Below are positions 1 through 11,182 of a DNA stretch of 64,000 nt, one piece after another. The notes below the pieces were generated by a model. That model was not told the origin of the DNA and did not search any database. It worked only from the letters and a program-made list of their open reading frames with translations. Position 1 is the first letter of the stretch. The number at the start of each line of letters is the position of its first letter. The stretch lies in assembly GCA_963843555.1 (NCBI GenBank), contig CAWJKV010000006.1:32001-96000 (forward strand). The letters run 5' to 3'. The translations under genes were made by a program, and so were the position numbers. The DNA comes from an uncultured Methanosarcinales archaeon (GTDB lineage Archaea; Halobacteriota; Methanosarcinia; Methanotrichales; Methanotrichaceae).

Positions 1-108
1 TGGCACGGGAATGCCGATATTTATCATCTCACCCAGGCTTGCACCCTTGCCGCCCACTGTGGAAAGATCATTCTTTCCCACTTCTTCCAGCCATACAACA
101 GCGTCCAT
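1..108 (-). CDS. ppsA: Phosphoenolpyruvate synthase, N-terminal part (runs off the window)
   Basis: Manual reverse translation gives MDAVVWLEEVGKNDLSTVGGKGASLGEMINIGIPVP, the VGGKGASLGEM...GIPVP signature of the PEP synthase/PPDK N-terminus. An alternative in-frame ATG lies at 120. Confidence 0.85.
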   Translation of the reverse strand, partial: MDAVVWLEEVGKNDLSTVGGKGASLGEMINIGIPVP

Positions 109-287
109 CAAATCAACCATCCAAAGTCGTGATTCTTCATTGTAACTACTGTATCTACTTACTGTATCTACTGTATCTGCTCACCCATCCCTCATAACAT
201 TATATGAAGCTTTCACACGACATATGAAATATTTATTAAAACATATACAAAAGCATATATCCTGGAAAGGGCTGACACAACTGTTGC

Positions 288-1439
288 ATGTTTAAACATT
301 TTTGCGGGGCGGCAGCGGCAAGAGAGATGCTTCTCGATCGATGCATACCCTTGCAGCGCACTGAGCCTCTGACTGGCCAGCAGGCAATAGATCGGGTTTT
401 GTCGCAGGACGTCGCCTCTCCTGTGAGCCTGCCGGGCTTCGAGCGGGCCGCCATGGACGGCTTTGCAGTCAAATCCGTGGAAACAGGGGGCGCGAAGCCC
501 AACGCTCCCGTTTTTCTGATAGATTTTCTGCCGCTCAGAACCGGCATGCCCGTTCCCGGTGACTACGATGCCGTGGTGATGCTGGAGGATGCCAGGCAGC
601 ATGGCCCGACTCTGGAGGTCACGGCACAGCTGCACGCTTACAAGAACGTCTCCCGCATCGGCGAGGATATCAGCCAGGGGGAGATGGTCTTTTCCGCGGG
701 CCACGCCCTCCGGCCCCCGGATGTGGCTTTGCTCTCGGCGCTGGGAATTGATGAGGTGCAGGTCTATGCCAAACCCAACGTCGTCATAATACCCACGGGA
801 GGCGAGCTGGTGGACGTCTTCGCCCGGCCCCTCCAGCCAGGGGAAGCCTACGAGATCAATGGTCTCATGGCCCGGCTCTATGCAGAAAAATGGGGTGCAA
901 ACGCCAGGAAAATGGAGATCGTGCCGGACGATGAGCAGCAGATTCGCGAAGCCATCCAGGCCAATCTGGATAGCGACATGATCATAATCATCGGCGGGAC
1001 GTCCGTTGGAGAAAAGGACTACGCACCGCGTGTTTTGGCCGATATGGGAGAGCTGTACGTGCATGGGGTGCGCCTACAGCCAGGGAAGCCCACCGCTTTT
1101 GGAGCCGTGGCCGGCAAGCCCGTAGTCTGCCTGCCCGGCTATCCTGTGGCAGCGCTCTCCGACCTCTATCTGTTTGTCAGGCCCGCCTTGAAGAAGATGG
1201 CTCATCTGAACGATGCATTGCCCAAGATCTCTGCCAGACTGGCCCGCAAGATTCCTTCCAAGGCTGGCTATCTAAGCCTGGTCCGGGTGGCACTCAAGGA
1301 CGGCGAGGCCGAGCCCATCATGATCTCCGGCGCAGGAATCCTGAGCTCTGTGACCCGGGCGGACGGCTTTGTGATAGTGCCTGAGGATCTGGAGGGATTC
1401 GAGGCAGGGGAGACTGTGGAGGTTATTGCCTTCGAGTAG
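288..1439 (+). CDS. moeA: Molybdopterin molybdotransferase MoeA
   Basis: Motifs P-F-RAAMDGFAV, TGGEL, GGTSVG, PGKP and LPGYP. Confidence 0.93.
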   Translation: MFKHFCGAAAAREMLLDRCIPLQRTEPLTGQQAIDRVLSQDVASPVSLPGFERAAMDGFAVKSVETGGAKPNAPVFLIDFLPLRTGMPVPGDYDAVVMLEDARQHGPTLEVTAQLHAYKNVSRIGEDISQGEMVFSAGHALRPPDVALLSALGIDEVQVYAKPNVVIIPTGGELVDVFARPLQPGEAYEINGLMARLYAEKWGANARKMEIVPDDEQQIREAIQANLDSDMIIIIGGTSVGEKDYAPRVLADMGELYVHGVRLQPGKPTAFGAVAGKPVVCLPGYPVAALSDLYLFVRPALKKMAHLNDALPKISARLARKIPSKAGYLSLVRVALKDGEAEPIMISGAGILSSVTRADGFVIVPEDLEGFEAGETVEVIAFE

Positions 1440-1723
1440 AAAGGCCCCAAAACGGACTTTTGATGCACCCCGCCTGAGCCTTCCAAAACGTCTAAAGATA
1501 AGGGGAATGGTTCACAGATTGTCCCCGCGGCCGCGGTTTGTGGGTCGGTACGGCCTTGAGTGCGCCCCGTCACTCAAGCTTTCAAGCATCGGGTTACACG
1601 CTGGTTTTTCAAGATTATGAGCTTTGCCAACTAATTTCAAATTTATAAACAAAATTTCATTGCTTTTTGCTCACTCCAGCCCGATACGCCCGAACCGGTG
1701 GCCCGTCTCACGTTTCCCTTGGA

Positions 1724-4700
1724 TCAGTCTTCACCCCGGGGTACTTTGCTGCAAGCCTCCAGAGCATCTCTTATCGCCTCTATTCTGGCGGGCTTGCTTA
1801 TGTAGCCGTCCATCCCTGCCGCCAGACACCTCTCCCGATCGCCCTTCAGTGCAGATGCCGTCATAGCGATGATCTTAGGCCCGCCCCCCGGCCAGCGCCG
1901 GCGTATCTCCTTTGTCGCCTCCAGACCATCCATCTCAGGCATCTGCACATCCATAAGTATGACGTCGTATGCCCTGGCCTCCAGGGCCTGCAGCACCTCC
2001 TTGCCGTTGGCTGCCACATCCGCCGCACTGCAGCCCAGCTTATTAAGCATCTTCTTTACCACTATCTGATTGACCTGGTTATCTTCAGCAACCAGTATGC
2101 TCAAGCTTGGGTCCAGCTGTCCCTGGTAATCGGAGACCGGGAAAGCCGCAGGCTTGACGGTATCGATAGGCCCGCTTATGATAGGTTCAGCCCCGAATAT
2201 AAAATGAAATACTGAGCCCTTGCCTTCTTCACTCTCAACCCACATTCTTCCCTCCATCATCTCCACCAGTCTCTTGCTTATGGCCAGGCCGAGACCGGTT
2301 CCACCGTACTTTCGTGCTGTCGAAGCATCAATCTGGCTGAAGGACTGGAACAATCGAGGCATCTTATCTTGAGGGATCCCAATTCCAGTATCTTTTACGG
2401 CAAAATGGATTTCATATTTGCTTTCTTCTGGGCGTGTGCTGGATACATGGATAGAGACTTCGCCTTTTTCTGTAAACTTCACTGCATTATTGAGCAAATT
2501 GATTAAAATCTGGCTGAGCCTGGTTGGATCACCCAGGATCATATTGGGTGTATTGTCTTCAATAGTGTACCCTATGCTCAGCCCTTTTTCGGAGGCACTT
2601 GCCGAAACAAGATCCAAAGATGCCTTAATGCAGCTTCGCAGGTCGAAAGGCTGATACTCCAGCTCCAGCATGTTCGCTTCGATCTTCGTGAGATCAAGGA
2701 TATTGTTTATGATAGCAAGTAGCGTGTCCCCGCTGGAACAAATAATCTCCAAGCACTCCCTCTGCCCCGGTGTGAGAGGTTCATCCAGCATAAGACCTGT
2801 CAAGCCTATGACTGCGTTCATGGGGGTACGGATCTCATGGCTCATATTGGCCAGGAACTCGGACTTGGCGCGCGTGGCCGATTCAGCCTCCTCCTTGGAC
2901 CTTTGCAGTTCTTCCTCGGCATGCTTTCGATCTGTTATGTCGCGTATGGATTCGATCGCTCCCCAGTAATTTCCCTCCAGGTCGTAGAGCGCTGATGCGC
3001 TTCCCAAGAGATACGCCATGCCACCTTTCAGCATGGGCGTGTGGGCTTCACCAATCAGAGAGCCATCTTCTTGCTTTTTTATATTATTATATCTCGCTTC
3101 AATATCTGAATCGGGCCTATTTGCCAGATCTATGAGCATGGGCCTTGGCTCACCATAAAAGGGAAATGCGTATTCATAATCTCCTTTGCCCAGTATCTCC
3201 TCGGCCTTGACATTCGTCATCTTCTCTATGGCACGGTTCCAGGCGATCACCCTGCCCCCTTTATCGATAACAAAGGTAGCATCGGGCAGGAAGGCAATGA
3301 TATTCGCTAGACGGCGCTCGGACTCTCTTAGAGCGCTCTCAGCGGTCTTGGATGCGGTGATGTCCATAGCTACATGGACCACTCCCGTGATATTCCCGTT
3401 TGCATCCTTAATGGGGCTGCTGCGAGACAACCATGTCTTGCCGTCGGGAGTGACCAATTCGCCCTCCTGGCATTGACCCATCTGAAGAGCTTTGACGGCT
3501 GTGCAACCCGAACATGGTTCGTTGAGGCCGTAGAAGCTCTTAAAGCAATGCCCCTCCATTATTTCATCATTGGAAAGACCTGGTCCTGATGCCTCAGGCT
3601 TGAGGGTATTAATCCAGATGACGCGCATCTGAGGATCAAGGTAGGCGACAGTAACACCTTTCAAGCCGCCCAAAATCGCCGCCTTCTCCTGTTCGGAATT
3701 GCGTAGAGATTCCTCAGCTAGCTTGCGTTCCTCAATCTCGGACAGTGTCGTGGTAAGCAATTGATTTCTCTCATCAAACACCAATTTCTGGCGCATGAAC
3801 ATCAGAGCGATGATGAGCGCAACCGAGGCAGCTATTGTGGAATAGCTGATGGAGCGTGAATAATCATAACCCCATATGAGAAGAGAGAATGCTGCCCCAA
3901 TTCCGAGATATGGCAAGTAGATGGTCGAGGCAGATCCATCAATTCTTGAGTTGCTCGAGGATTTCAGTGGATCAAAAGAGAGAGAGCTTGCCAGCAGCAA
4001 ACCTGCCAGTCCTATCATCAGGTTGCTTGTTATCCAGGTGGTATCGAGAAGGCCTCCGGAGACATAATTTCCATCCTGTATCCGGATGCTGAAAACTGCA
4101 TCCACAATCAAAAATAATACCATGCTGATGGCTAAAAGAAGTGCAGGAGTACGTCCCGGAGAATCGAGCTTTCTGAAGAGCAGCTCCATCAGAGCAAGAA
4201 ACAGAACCAGATCCATGACAGGATAGGCCGTCGAGACCACCAGGTCAAGAGTTATGCCCTCTGCAGAGGCAACAATGGGGCCGATAAGGAAGACCCAGAA
4301 AATTAAAGTGGCCGACACTATAACGATTGCCGCATCCAGGAGGATTTTGAGCCGTTCCCTGGGTGAGAGAGGTACTTCAGGCAAGAGGATGATACCCACA
4401 GCAAAAAGAGGGTACATCATCAGGTAGCCAAAATCTGCTACAGAGGGAAATGGAAACTGGTGGAAAACTAGCTCGATTACAGCCCAGGACGCCTCACCGA
4501 AGGTGTTGAAGATCAGGGCAACACCGAGGACTGTCCAGGCCTTTCTGGAACGGCCTTCCTGATGCCGTGCTGCATACAGCAATCCTGCCGCAGCCAGGCC
4601 GGAACTGACAACTAGAATCAAATCACCGATCGCAAGCACCCACTCTTCGTCCTCAAAAAAGGTCAATAAAATCAAATGGACCAGCACGATTGAGACTGCC

Positions 4701-4771
4701 AGGATGACTGCAGTGCGTAAAGATGCTCTCTTACCCACCTCTACAGGGCTTAATATCTTAATCTCAACCAC
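1724..4771 (-). CDS. Membrane-bound hybrid sensor histidine kinase/response regulator with PAS domains
   Basis: Multi-TM N-terminus, two PAS/PAC regions, H-box [15 protein letters not shown]-boxes DTGIGI and GGTGLGL, C-terminal receiver domain ([11 protein letters not shown]). Confidence 0.93.
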   Translation of the reverse strand: MVEIKILSPVEVGKRASLRTAVILAVSIVLVHLILLTFFEDEEWVLAIGDLILVVSSGLAAAGLLYAARHQEGRSRKAWTVLGVALIFNTFGEASWAVIELVFHQFPFPSVADFGYLMMYPLFAVGIILLPEVPLSPRERLKILLDAAIVIVSATLIFWVFLIGPIVASAEGITLDLVVSTAYPVMDLVLFLALMELLFRKLDSPGRTPALLLAISMVLFLIVDAVFSIRIQDGNYVSGGLLDTTWITSNLMIGLAGLLLASSLSFDPLKSSSNSRIDGSASTIYLPYLGIGAAFSLLIWGYDYSRSISYSTIAASVALIIALMFMRQKLVFDERNQLLTTTLSEIEERKLAEESLRNSEQEKAAILGGLKGVTVAYLDPQMRVIWINTLKPEASGPGLSNDEIMEGHCFKSFYGLNEPCSGCTAVKALQMGQCQEGELVTPDGKTWLSRSSPIKDANGNITGVVHVAMDITASKTAESALRESERRLANIIAFLPDATFVIDKGGRVIAWNRAIEKMTNVKAEEILGKGDYEYAFPFYGEPRPMLIDLANRPDSDIEARYNNIKKQEDGSLIGEAHTPMLKGGMAYLLGSASALYDLEGNYWGAIESIRDITDRKHAEEELQRSKEEAESATRAKSEFLANMSHEIRTPMNAVIGLTGLMLDEPLTPGQRECLEIICSSGDTLLAIINNILDLTKIEANMLELEYQPFDLRSCIKASLDLVSASASEKGLSIGYTIEDNTPNMILGDPTRLSQILINLLNNAVKFTEKGEVSIHVSSTRPEESKYEIHFAVKDTGIGIPQDKMPRLFQSFSQIDASTARKYGGTGLGLAISKRLVEMMEGRMWVESEEGKGSVFHFIFGAEPIISGPIDTVKPAAFPVSDYQGQLDPSLSILVAEDNQVNQIVVKKMLNKLGCSAADVAANGKEVLQALEARAYDVILMDVQMPEMDGLEATKEIRRRWPGGGPKIIAMTASALKGDRERCLAAGMDGYISKPARIEAIRDALEACSKVPRGED

Positions 4772-5625
4772 TCCGGATTGTTATGATTTGAGCTCTGAGA
4801 CGAAAAAGCTTTTGGTGGTTCATATCTTATACGTAATTTGACAAGCGTATATCTTACCAGAATAATGATATAATAATCTATAATAAACTTGATCTTAGCC
4901 TGTTAATTACCATGATTTAAGATTGAAAGTCAAGTTATTCCATAAAGAAAATCTATACAAACTTCGAATCAGGAAAAGATTTTTTCGTCTAATTTGAGCG
5001 CGATCCGAGAGCATGATTATTTAAAGAATTGTGTATGGATTCTGGCAAAGCTCATGATCTCCTCTGGAGGAGCATAAAGCTGAAGATAAGCTACCAGGAC
5101 AGAAAATGGTGTGCAGGATAGCGATGAGGCCGAAGTGACCATGTGCGAAGTGAACAACGGGAGGCAAAAGACGATTTCTACCAAAACAATGGCATACGCA
5201 AGGGCGTCCAGCTAATTCGTCATGCAGACATGCTCAAGAACTGGATGATAGACGAGGGAAAAGCGGCAAAGTCGGGTTAGAAGATCGGTCCATCTGTGAC
5301 TCTTGCCAATAGAATCATGATCCTGGTAGAGCTGGACGAATGGGAGCACCAGTCCATGCCACTCACAATCTCGGATCCTATCGCGAGCTGTCTGTCATGT
5401 TTGCTGACTACTTCGAGAGAGATGCAAGCCATCGTCGATGACACTCTCGGCGAGGAAGAATCGATCCTGAAAAAGCTGGGGGGCTAAAAAGGAGCAAATT
5501 CAAGGAAAGAATTCAGATCTACGATGAATGGGAGGCAAATCCACTTCTATCCTAACATTTCTCCGATCGCCATTCTTCTTTTTCTTCTTTTTTCTTTTCT
5601 TCTTTCAACGTTCGACTCCCTTATT

Positions 5626-6726
5626 TTACGGCTTTTGCCTCTTTATCAGAACCTCTTCAAGCGGTCTTCTCGGCGTATGCTCCTCGACACCACCCCTGGC
5701 AAAGCCCAGCCGGAAGGTCTGCTGCACATATGGCATATCTGTACCATTTGCAGGCATTAGCCTGGCTAGCTCTTGCTTTGTCTCCGGCACCTCCAGCGCC
5801 TGGCCCATAGGCTGCAGGCTCAAACCCAGAGCGGTGGCCGCAAGCCAGAGACGCTCGAGAGTCTGTCCGGCCATAACTCTGGATTCATTATCGTCTCTGC
5901 CGGTGCTGATGAAGCCCAAATAGGGTGTACTATTTATCAACTCGATGTCCTTTCTGATCTGCTGGGGTCCATTGTCCAGAAAGACAACCTCCATCTGACT
6001 GATTTTGGCCTGAATGCCTGTGGGCCCCATACCGCCCTGGCTCAGCCAGCGACCCAGTTCGCTCTTGAAGTCAACATCAGAATACTGGATCTGATCCGCC
6101 CGCAATGTAAGATTGAGGAACTTTTTCTTGGTGGCAGAATCGGTGACAAGGTCAGTTCGAGCATCCTGATCTGAGCCGAGCTTTTGCAGTGTTATCAGGT
6201 CGGCGTATTCGATGGCCCTCTCCTCATAGGGATTGCGGTTTGTCTGGCGGAGAACGATGGCGTGAAAGAGACGGGGATCCAGAGAGGGCAGAGCCTGAGC
6301 CTGGGGCTGCAATACAACTCTGGCCACAAGATCCTGCGGCCCTGGGAAGTAGGTAATGCTGTAGTTATAGCCAAAATGGTCTGCTGCAACCCGCAAATTT
6401 TCCAGAGCGGCGCCAAGGCTCAGGTACAGCTCCCTTTGGTCCGCATCTGCAACCTGCAGCCATCTCGATCTGTCGGCAAAGACATCGATCTCATTTTCTG
6501 AGACATTGAACCTCCAGGGCTGGGTGTTGTAGTTAGAGGGTGCGAGGATGGCATATCTGAGCAGGAAAGTCAGCCGCTCTTCTGAGCTTGCGTTGGCTGG
6601 AAAGTCACTCTCATTTACACTCCAGGCTTCCAGTGATGCTTTGGGCTGTGTTAGGACCCCTGCCAGTAGCATTCCTAAGATCAAGAATATGGTTATTATC
6701 ACAGTCTTAGCCGTTGATTCTCCCAT
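5626..6726 (-). CDS. Nitroreductase-family (Acg-like) protein with N-terminal signal/TM segment
   Basis: LAPSNYNTQPWRF, RQTNRNPY and AGQTLERLWLAATALGL motifs. Confidence 0.82.
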   Translation of the reverse strand: MGESTAKTVIITIFLILGMLLAGVLTQPKASLEAWSVNESDFPANASSEERLTFLLRYAILAPSNYNTQPWRFNVSENEIDVFADRSRWLQVADADQRELYLSLGAALENLRVAADHFGYNYSITYFPGPQDLVARVVLQPQAQALPSLDPRLFHAIVLRQTNRNPYEERAIEYADLITLQKLGSDQDARTDLVTDSATKKKFLNLTLRADQIQYSDVDFKSELGRWLSQGGMGPTGIQAKISQMEVVFLDNGPQQIRKDIELINSTPYLGFISTGRDDNESRVMAGQTLERLWLAATALGLSLQPMGQALEVPETKQELARLMPANGTDMPYVQQTFRLGFARGGVEEHTPRRPLEEVLIKRQKP

Positions 6727-7004
6727 TGACTTTCGCCCTCATTCATTTGGCTTGCAGCAGCTATGTGGAAGCAAACGAAATATACCCTGCGGTAGGCTCT
6801 TGGAGCCAGAACCGCAAATTGTAGATTAATTTGACCCAGGTTCTTGCTGATGAGTAAGACCAAAGAGGAGGCTTTGAAGCCGCACTTACGAGGATGATGA
6901 TTCTGCGCAAATAGTAGTTCTGGAGAGAGCACATCGCCTGATTTTACTCCAGGAATATCATCCGTCCCAAAACAGTTATATCTACATTTTTCGGTCCTGA
7001 TGCC

Positions 7005-7556
7005 ATGAAAGAATGGAATAAGATCTTAAGAGTTATGGTACTGCTCTCCATCTTCTTGGTTCTCGCATCGGTCGCGAATTCCCAGATGAACCGGGATAGT
7101 CCATTTCTGGGTGGCAAGCTTCCCAGGACAGCCGACGAGAGCGTAGCCAATAAAGGTCCGCAGCCCGGGTCTTCGTTCACGATCTCGGAGCCCTTCAACA
7201 ATCAAGCAGTTTCGGATTTGGTGATTTCCCCCGATCAGCAGAATACGACCTGCAATCAAGTCTCATTCCTGTTAACTCTGACTCCATCTACCAGCGGCTC
7301 AACAGGATATCAATCGGTGAAGGTGAGGGTTTTGGAAAACCGCATCGGCTCGCCTAAGGCGGTTGCTGAACTGACTCTACTCATGCCTGTTTCTGGAGGA
7401 TCAGTTCAAGAGACCATCGGCTTCTCGAGTGATGCTCAGGCAGCGGGGCAGAATATTACCAATCAGATAACGGTCAATGCAGACCCCGATAATGAAATCA
7501 AGGAGACGAATGAGGGAAATAATGGCCTGACCATTAGCGGGACTTGCTCGGGATAA
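7005..7556 (+). CDS. Secreted protein with CARDB-like C-terminal domain
   Basis: Signal peptide; VNADPDNEIKETNEGNN is the typical CARDB C-terminal motif. Confidence 0.7.
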   Translation: MKEWNKILRVMVLLSIFLVLASVANSQMNRDSPFLGGKLPRTADESVANKGPQPGSSFTISEPFNNQAVSDLVISPDQQNTTCNQVSFLLTLTPSTSGSTGYQSVKVRVLENRIGSPKAVAELTLLMPVSGGSVQETIGFSSDAQAAGQNITNQITVNADPDNEIKETNEGNNGLTISGTCSG

Positions 7557-7739
7557 TGGCCAGAAGGCAAGTTGAAAGGAAGGTATATGTTTAGCCCTCT
7601 TGCGATTCATCCAAAGTGAGAACGTGTGGCTTGAGGGCACAAATCGCATAAAAATGGGCCTGTTCCTCGATTTCATGAAATGTCAGGCAACAGCTTGAAA
7701 TGGAAGTACGTTGATCATCGATATCGAGGTGATAGATGA

Positions 7740-8231
7740 GTGTGGACGAGGCTGATTTGTCTGATGATCATGGCTATGGCAATCCCCAGCATGCAGGGTG
7801 AGATGCCACTGGCCTACACCGCGGCCATGAACAACGCCGGCCAGAATGATATCCTCACCATCAAGAACTATGATACCGGTGCAACCATGACCGAAGCCTA
7901 TACTGATGTCGAGCATCTGAACAGAAACACACAGGTCAGAACCGGATCATATGCCACGAACTCCTCTGCCCAAGGCTCATCAGCGGCAGACGACTGCCCG
8001 GGTTGCGGCTCGGGAGGCGGCCTGGAGGCCAGCATCAATTCCAATGTCATCGGCAAGGCTCATATCGCCTGGCAGTCTGTTGATCCCAGCATTTCCAACC
8101 ATGGCCGCCATCCGCTCATAGGCCGCAGCGTGGAGGATCTGACCGGCGTATTCTCCATTGAGAAGTTCATCCAGCTCTGGTCCGGCAGCCGGCCCGGAGA
8201 GATAAGCGTGGACTGGCTGCCTTGTTCCTGA
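7740..8231 (+). CDS. Secreted hypothetical protein
   Basis: Signal-peptide-like N-terminus and a GAGGTGA SD upstream; no recognised domain. Confidence 0.65.
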   Translation: MWTRLICLMIMAMAIPSMQGEMPLAYTAAMNNAGQNDILTIKNYDTGATMTEAYTDVEHLNRNTQVRTGSYATNSSAQGSSAADDCPGCGSGGGLEASINSNVIGKAHIAWQSVDPSISNHGRHPLIGRSVEDLTGVFSIEKFIQLWSGSRPGEISVDWLPCS

Positions 8232-8280
8232 GAACAATATTCACTGAGCTCTTGACCTCCGGAGCAACCTGTATAAATTT

Positions 8281-10248
8281 CTATCTTGGAGTCATGGCGA
8301 TCTCCACAACCAGGTCGTTGTAATCTTGTCCTTGAGAGTCGTAGAGATCTTCCCAGCGAAGCTGGCATTTGGCAGGATCCCAGAGGCAGTTTGATGACAT
8401 GCGATTTGCCATCCCCATTGAGGCTGCTGTCAGTGTAATAGAAAGTTCCGTCCTGGCCTGGAGTGCGAAGACCAGCCTTGTCCCGGCCGGATAGTCTCCT
8501 ACCTCAAAGCTCTTGCCCACATTCCCCTGAATGGAATCAAAGAGCAGCTTCTTCTCCGGCTGGTAGAGCCAGAACTGGTTATGGTAGGGCGTACTCTTGC
8601 TGACCAGCCTTGCCATGACGTGGCTATCCTTGGCCAGAACGACATCTTCGCGGATGATAGGTATAACTTCAATCTCCAGCAATGAGGTCCTTATAGTTCT
8701 TCTTGGCAAGGCCAAAGGATGCCTCCCAGCGCAGCTCCCATTTGTTGTAGCCTGTGGGAAGCTTACGCACGTGGCTCAGGAAATCTGGATTTTTCACCTG
8801 ATCGGTGTAGTAGGTGTAGCCTTTGTCGGTCTTGAAAGCGAAGGTGAGCTTGGTGCCGGCAAGGAAGGTTCCCAGATCGACTGCCTTTCCCAATGGGCTA
8901 TCAAGAGCAAAGATCAACCGGTCCTCTGGAGAGCTGAGCCTGAATTCTTCTTTTGTGGCAGCGAGCCTGCTCTTGAAGGTCGCAAATACCCTTCCGTCTT
9001 TGGGCATCACAATATCTTCGGTAGCGGGACTGAAGATCTCGATCTCCATTACCACGTCGTTATAATCCTTCTCGCCCAGACCGTAGAGATCCTCCCAGTC
9101 CAATTCCCACTTGTAGGTTCCTGCACTGACTTTCCGGACATGGTCGCAGGCGTCAGCATTCAGTATCTGATCGCTGTAATAGATATTCCCATCCGAGGTC
9201 TTGAGGGCAAAAGTTAACCGGCTTCCAGAGGGATACGTTCCCAGATCGTAGAACTTGCCGATCTCCGAGTCCTGGGCCCTGAATATCAGTTTGCCTCAGG
9301 GTAATGAAGCCAGATCTCATCGTCCAGAGAGGTGTTTTTGCTCTTGAAGCGGACGATGACCCGGCCCTGTTTGGGCATGATCAGATCATCGTCCGCAGTG
9401 AACAGTACGGCATAAAAAGCGAAACTGCTGCCCATACCGCATTCGCCATAGCCGATCTTAAACCATCCGCTTTCCCCCCATCCCGTCCCCCAGCTATTCT
9501 TGCAGATCCAGCAGCTATTGGCGTCATCGAAGCCCACGACGCATACGGCGTGGTCGCCAATATACCCGCCATAGGAGGCCCTGTAGACTCCTCTCTCGTA
9601 GTAGAAAAAATCCTCGTAGACATTCATGCCGGCGATGAGAGGGCCGCGAGTAGCGAGCCATTCCTTGGCCTGGGAAGCAGCTCAGAGCCTTCCAGCTTTC
9701 TATTTTGATTATCCTTTTGTCTCTGTCCGGGCAGCTGCTGGTCTGATCGCCTTCGTAAGGGAAGCATTTTTCATCGGGAATGCCGCTTGGCCTGGGCATA
9801 TTTCAAGGCAGGAACGAAGTTCCAGCCACGACCACAGCAATTGCCGCAGCCCCGGAAGAAGAGATCGGCCTCGGAAAGGTCGGGATTGAGATCGGGATCT
9901 CTCTTGAAGATCTCCAGATTGGATTCAATGGTGGCGACTGTGGCAAAGGCAACGCATGAGCCGCACTGTTTCTGATCTCTTACGGGTGTGGTCCAGTTCT
10001 TTCCCGAGACGTTTCTCCAATCCCACTGCGTCGGATAGATGGCGACATTACCCGGCTCGGCTGACCGAGCATGCTCTCTTATCCATCAATTCCCGAATCC
10101 TTTCTTTCTCATCTTCGGGAACTACAAGGCCAAGATGCCTCACTTTTGCTTCCCTGGTCAGGCCAGAAACTGATGTGGCGCCGGCAACCCAGGAAAAGCC
10201 CTTTCCACTGATGTTGCTTCGTATTGCATTGATTTCGTCTATTCCCAA
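8281..10248 (-). pseudogene. Papain-family (C1A) cysteine protease with repeated C-terminal DUF4114-like domains; several frameshifts
   Basis: Fragments across frames: WDWRN...PVRDQKQCGSCVAFA (catalytic Cys), DHAVCVVGF (His), WICKNSWGTGWGESG (Asn), followed by repeats ending WEDLY..G..DYND(V/L)V. Confidence 0.8.
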
Positions 10249-10471
10249 TCTTGAAACCCCCTGTATATCCTTAAGCCGAATACCAATATAAACTTTCGTT
10301 TTTTTAATATAATCTCATAGTTAATGATGTTTGCGCAAGAAGAGGATAGGGACGGAAAAGAATCCCCACAGGATTGTGAGCAAGATAATACCTATCAGTC
10401 CATAACAAACTTCAGGAAGAAAGTTATTAATAGCCAGCCTGACGTTAGTGTGCCGAGGAGGATTCCAGGCT

Positions 10472-10964
10472 ATGGAGATACTGGTAAAGAGATCTGCGCG
10501 ACGCAGGAAGACCATCCAGGCCAGAATGGTCGGCGGAAAGATGGAAGTCCTGGCACCTGCATCTATCTCAGACGCCGCCCTGCAGGGTCATATCGAAAAG
10601 CTGCGCTCCCGGCTGGAGAATAGAGTCTATCCCAAGGATGACTCCCACCTGCATGAAAGAGCAAACATTCTGAACCAAAGATATTTTCAAGGTAGCCTGG
10701 CCTGGAACAGCATCCAGTACTCCACGCGCCAGGAGCGGCAGGCGTGGATCATGCAACTGCGCCGCCAGGACCATTCGCATAAGCGACAGGCTGGCCAGGC
10801 TCCCCCAATGGGTGGAGGATTATGTAATTGTGCATGAGCTGGCTCACCTCATAGAGCCCAACCACGGCAAGAGGTTCAAGGCGCTGGTACGTAGATATCC
10901 TCTGGCGGAGAGGGCTATCGGATTTCTGATGGCATCGGAGACTCTGGATAGAGAGAGAAGTTAG
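10472..10964 (+). CDS. YgjP/SprT-like (DUF45, M48-like) zinc metallopeptidase; one frameshift near 10740
   Basis: N-terminus VKRSARRRKTI; after the shift, TIRISDRL...DYVIVHELAHLIEPNH (HExxH). Confidence 0.8.
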
Positions 10965-11182
10965 TTGGATTCCATTATCTGACCAATGCCCAAACAATTA
11001 TCCCTAAATCTACTTATCCATAAAACCATTTCTCCATAAAACCGCTCTCAAATAATTCCGTTTCTTGCCAACTCCACTTCAGCCATCATTCTGATCATCG
11101 GATCCTCCGGATCGTTATTACGACATTTATTTATACCGAGATGCTTGACCTGAAATGCACTGTACGTGGAGGTTAGACGGCG

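Noticed and set aside
213..1064. Long antisense ORFs (also 24711-25508, 27682-28425, 40465-41334, 59996-60622)
   Set aside because: Shadow frames opposite well-supported genes, expected in GC-rich coding DNA.
5050..5487. Possible decayed gene ending ...EEESILKKLGG
   Set aside because: Looks coding-like, but I could not assign a family or consistent frame.
6894..6951. Possible C/D box sRNA (ATGATGA ... CTGA, 58 nt)
   Set aside because: No convincing D'/C' boxes or terminal stem, and no target I could recognise.
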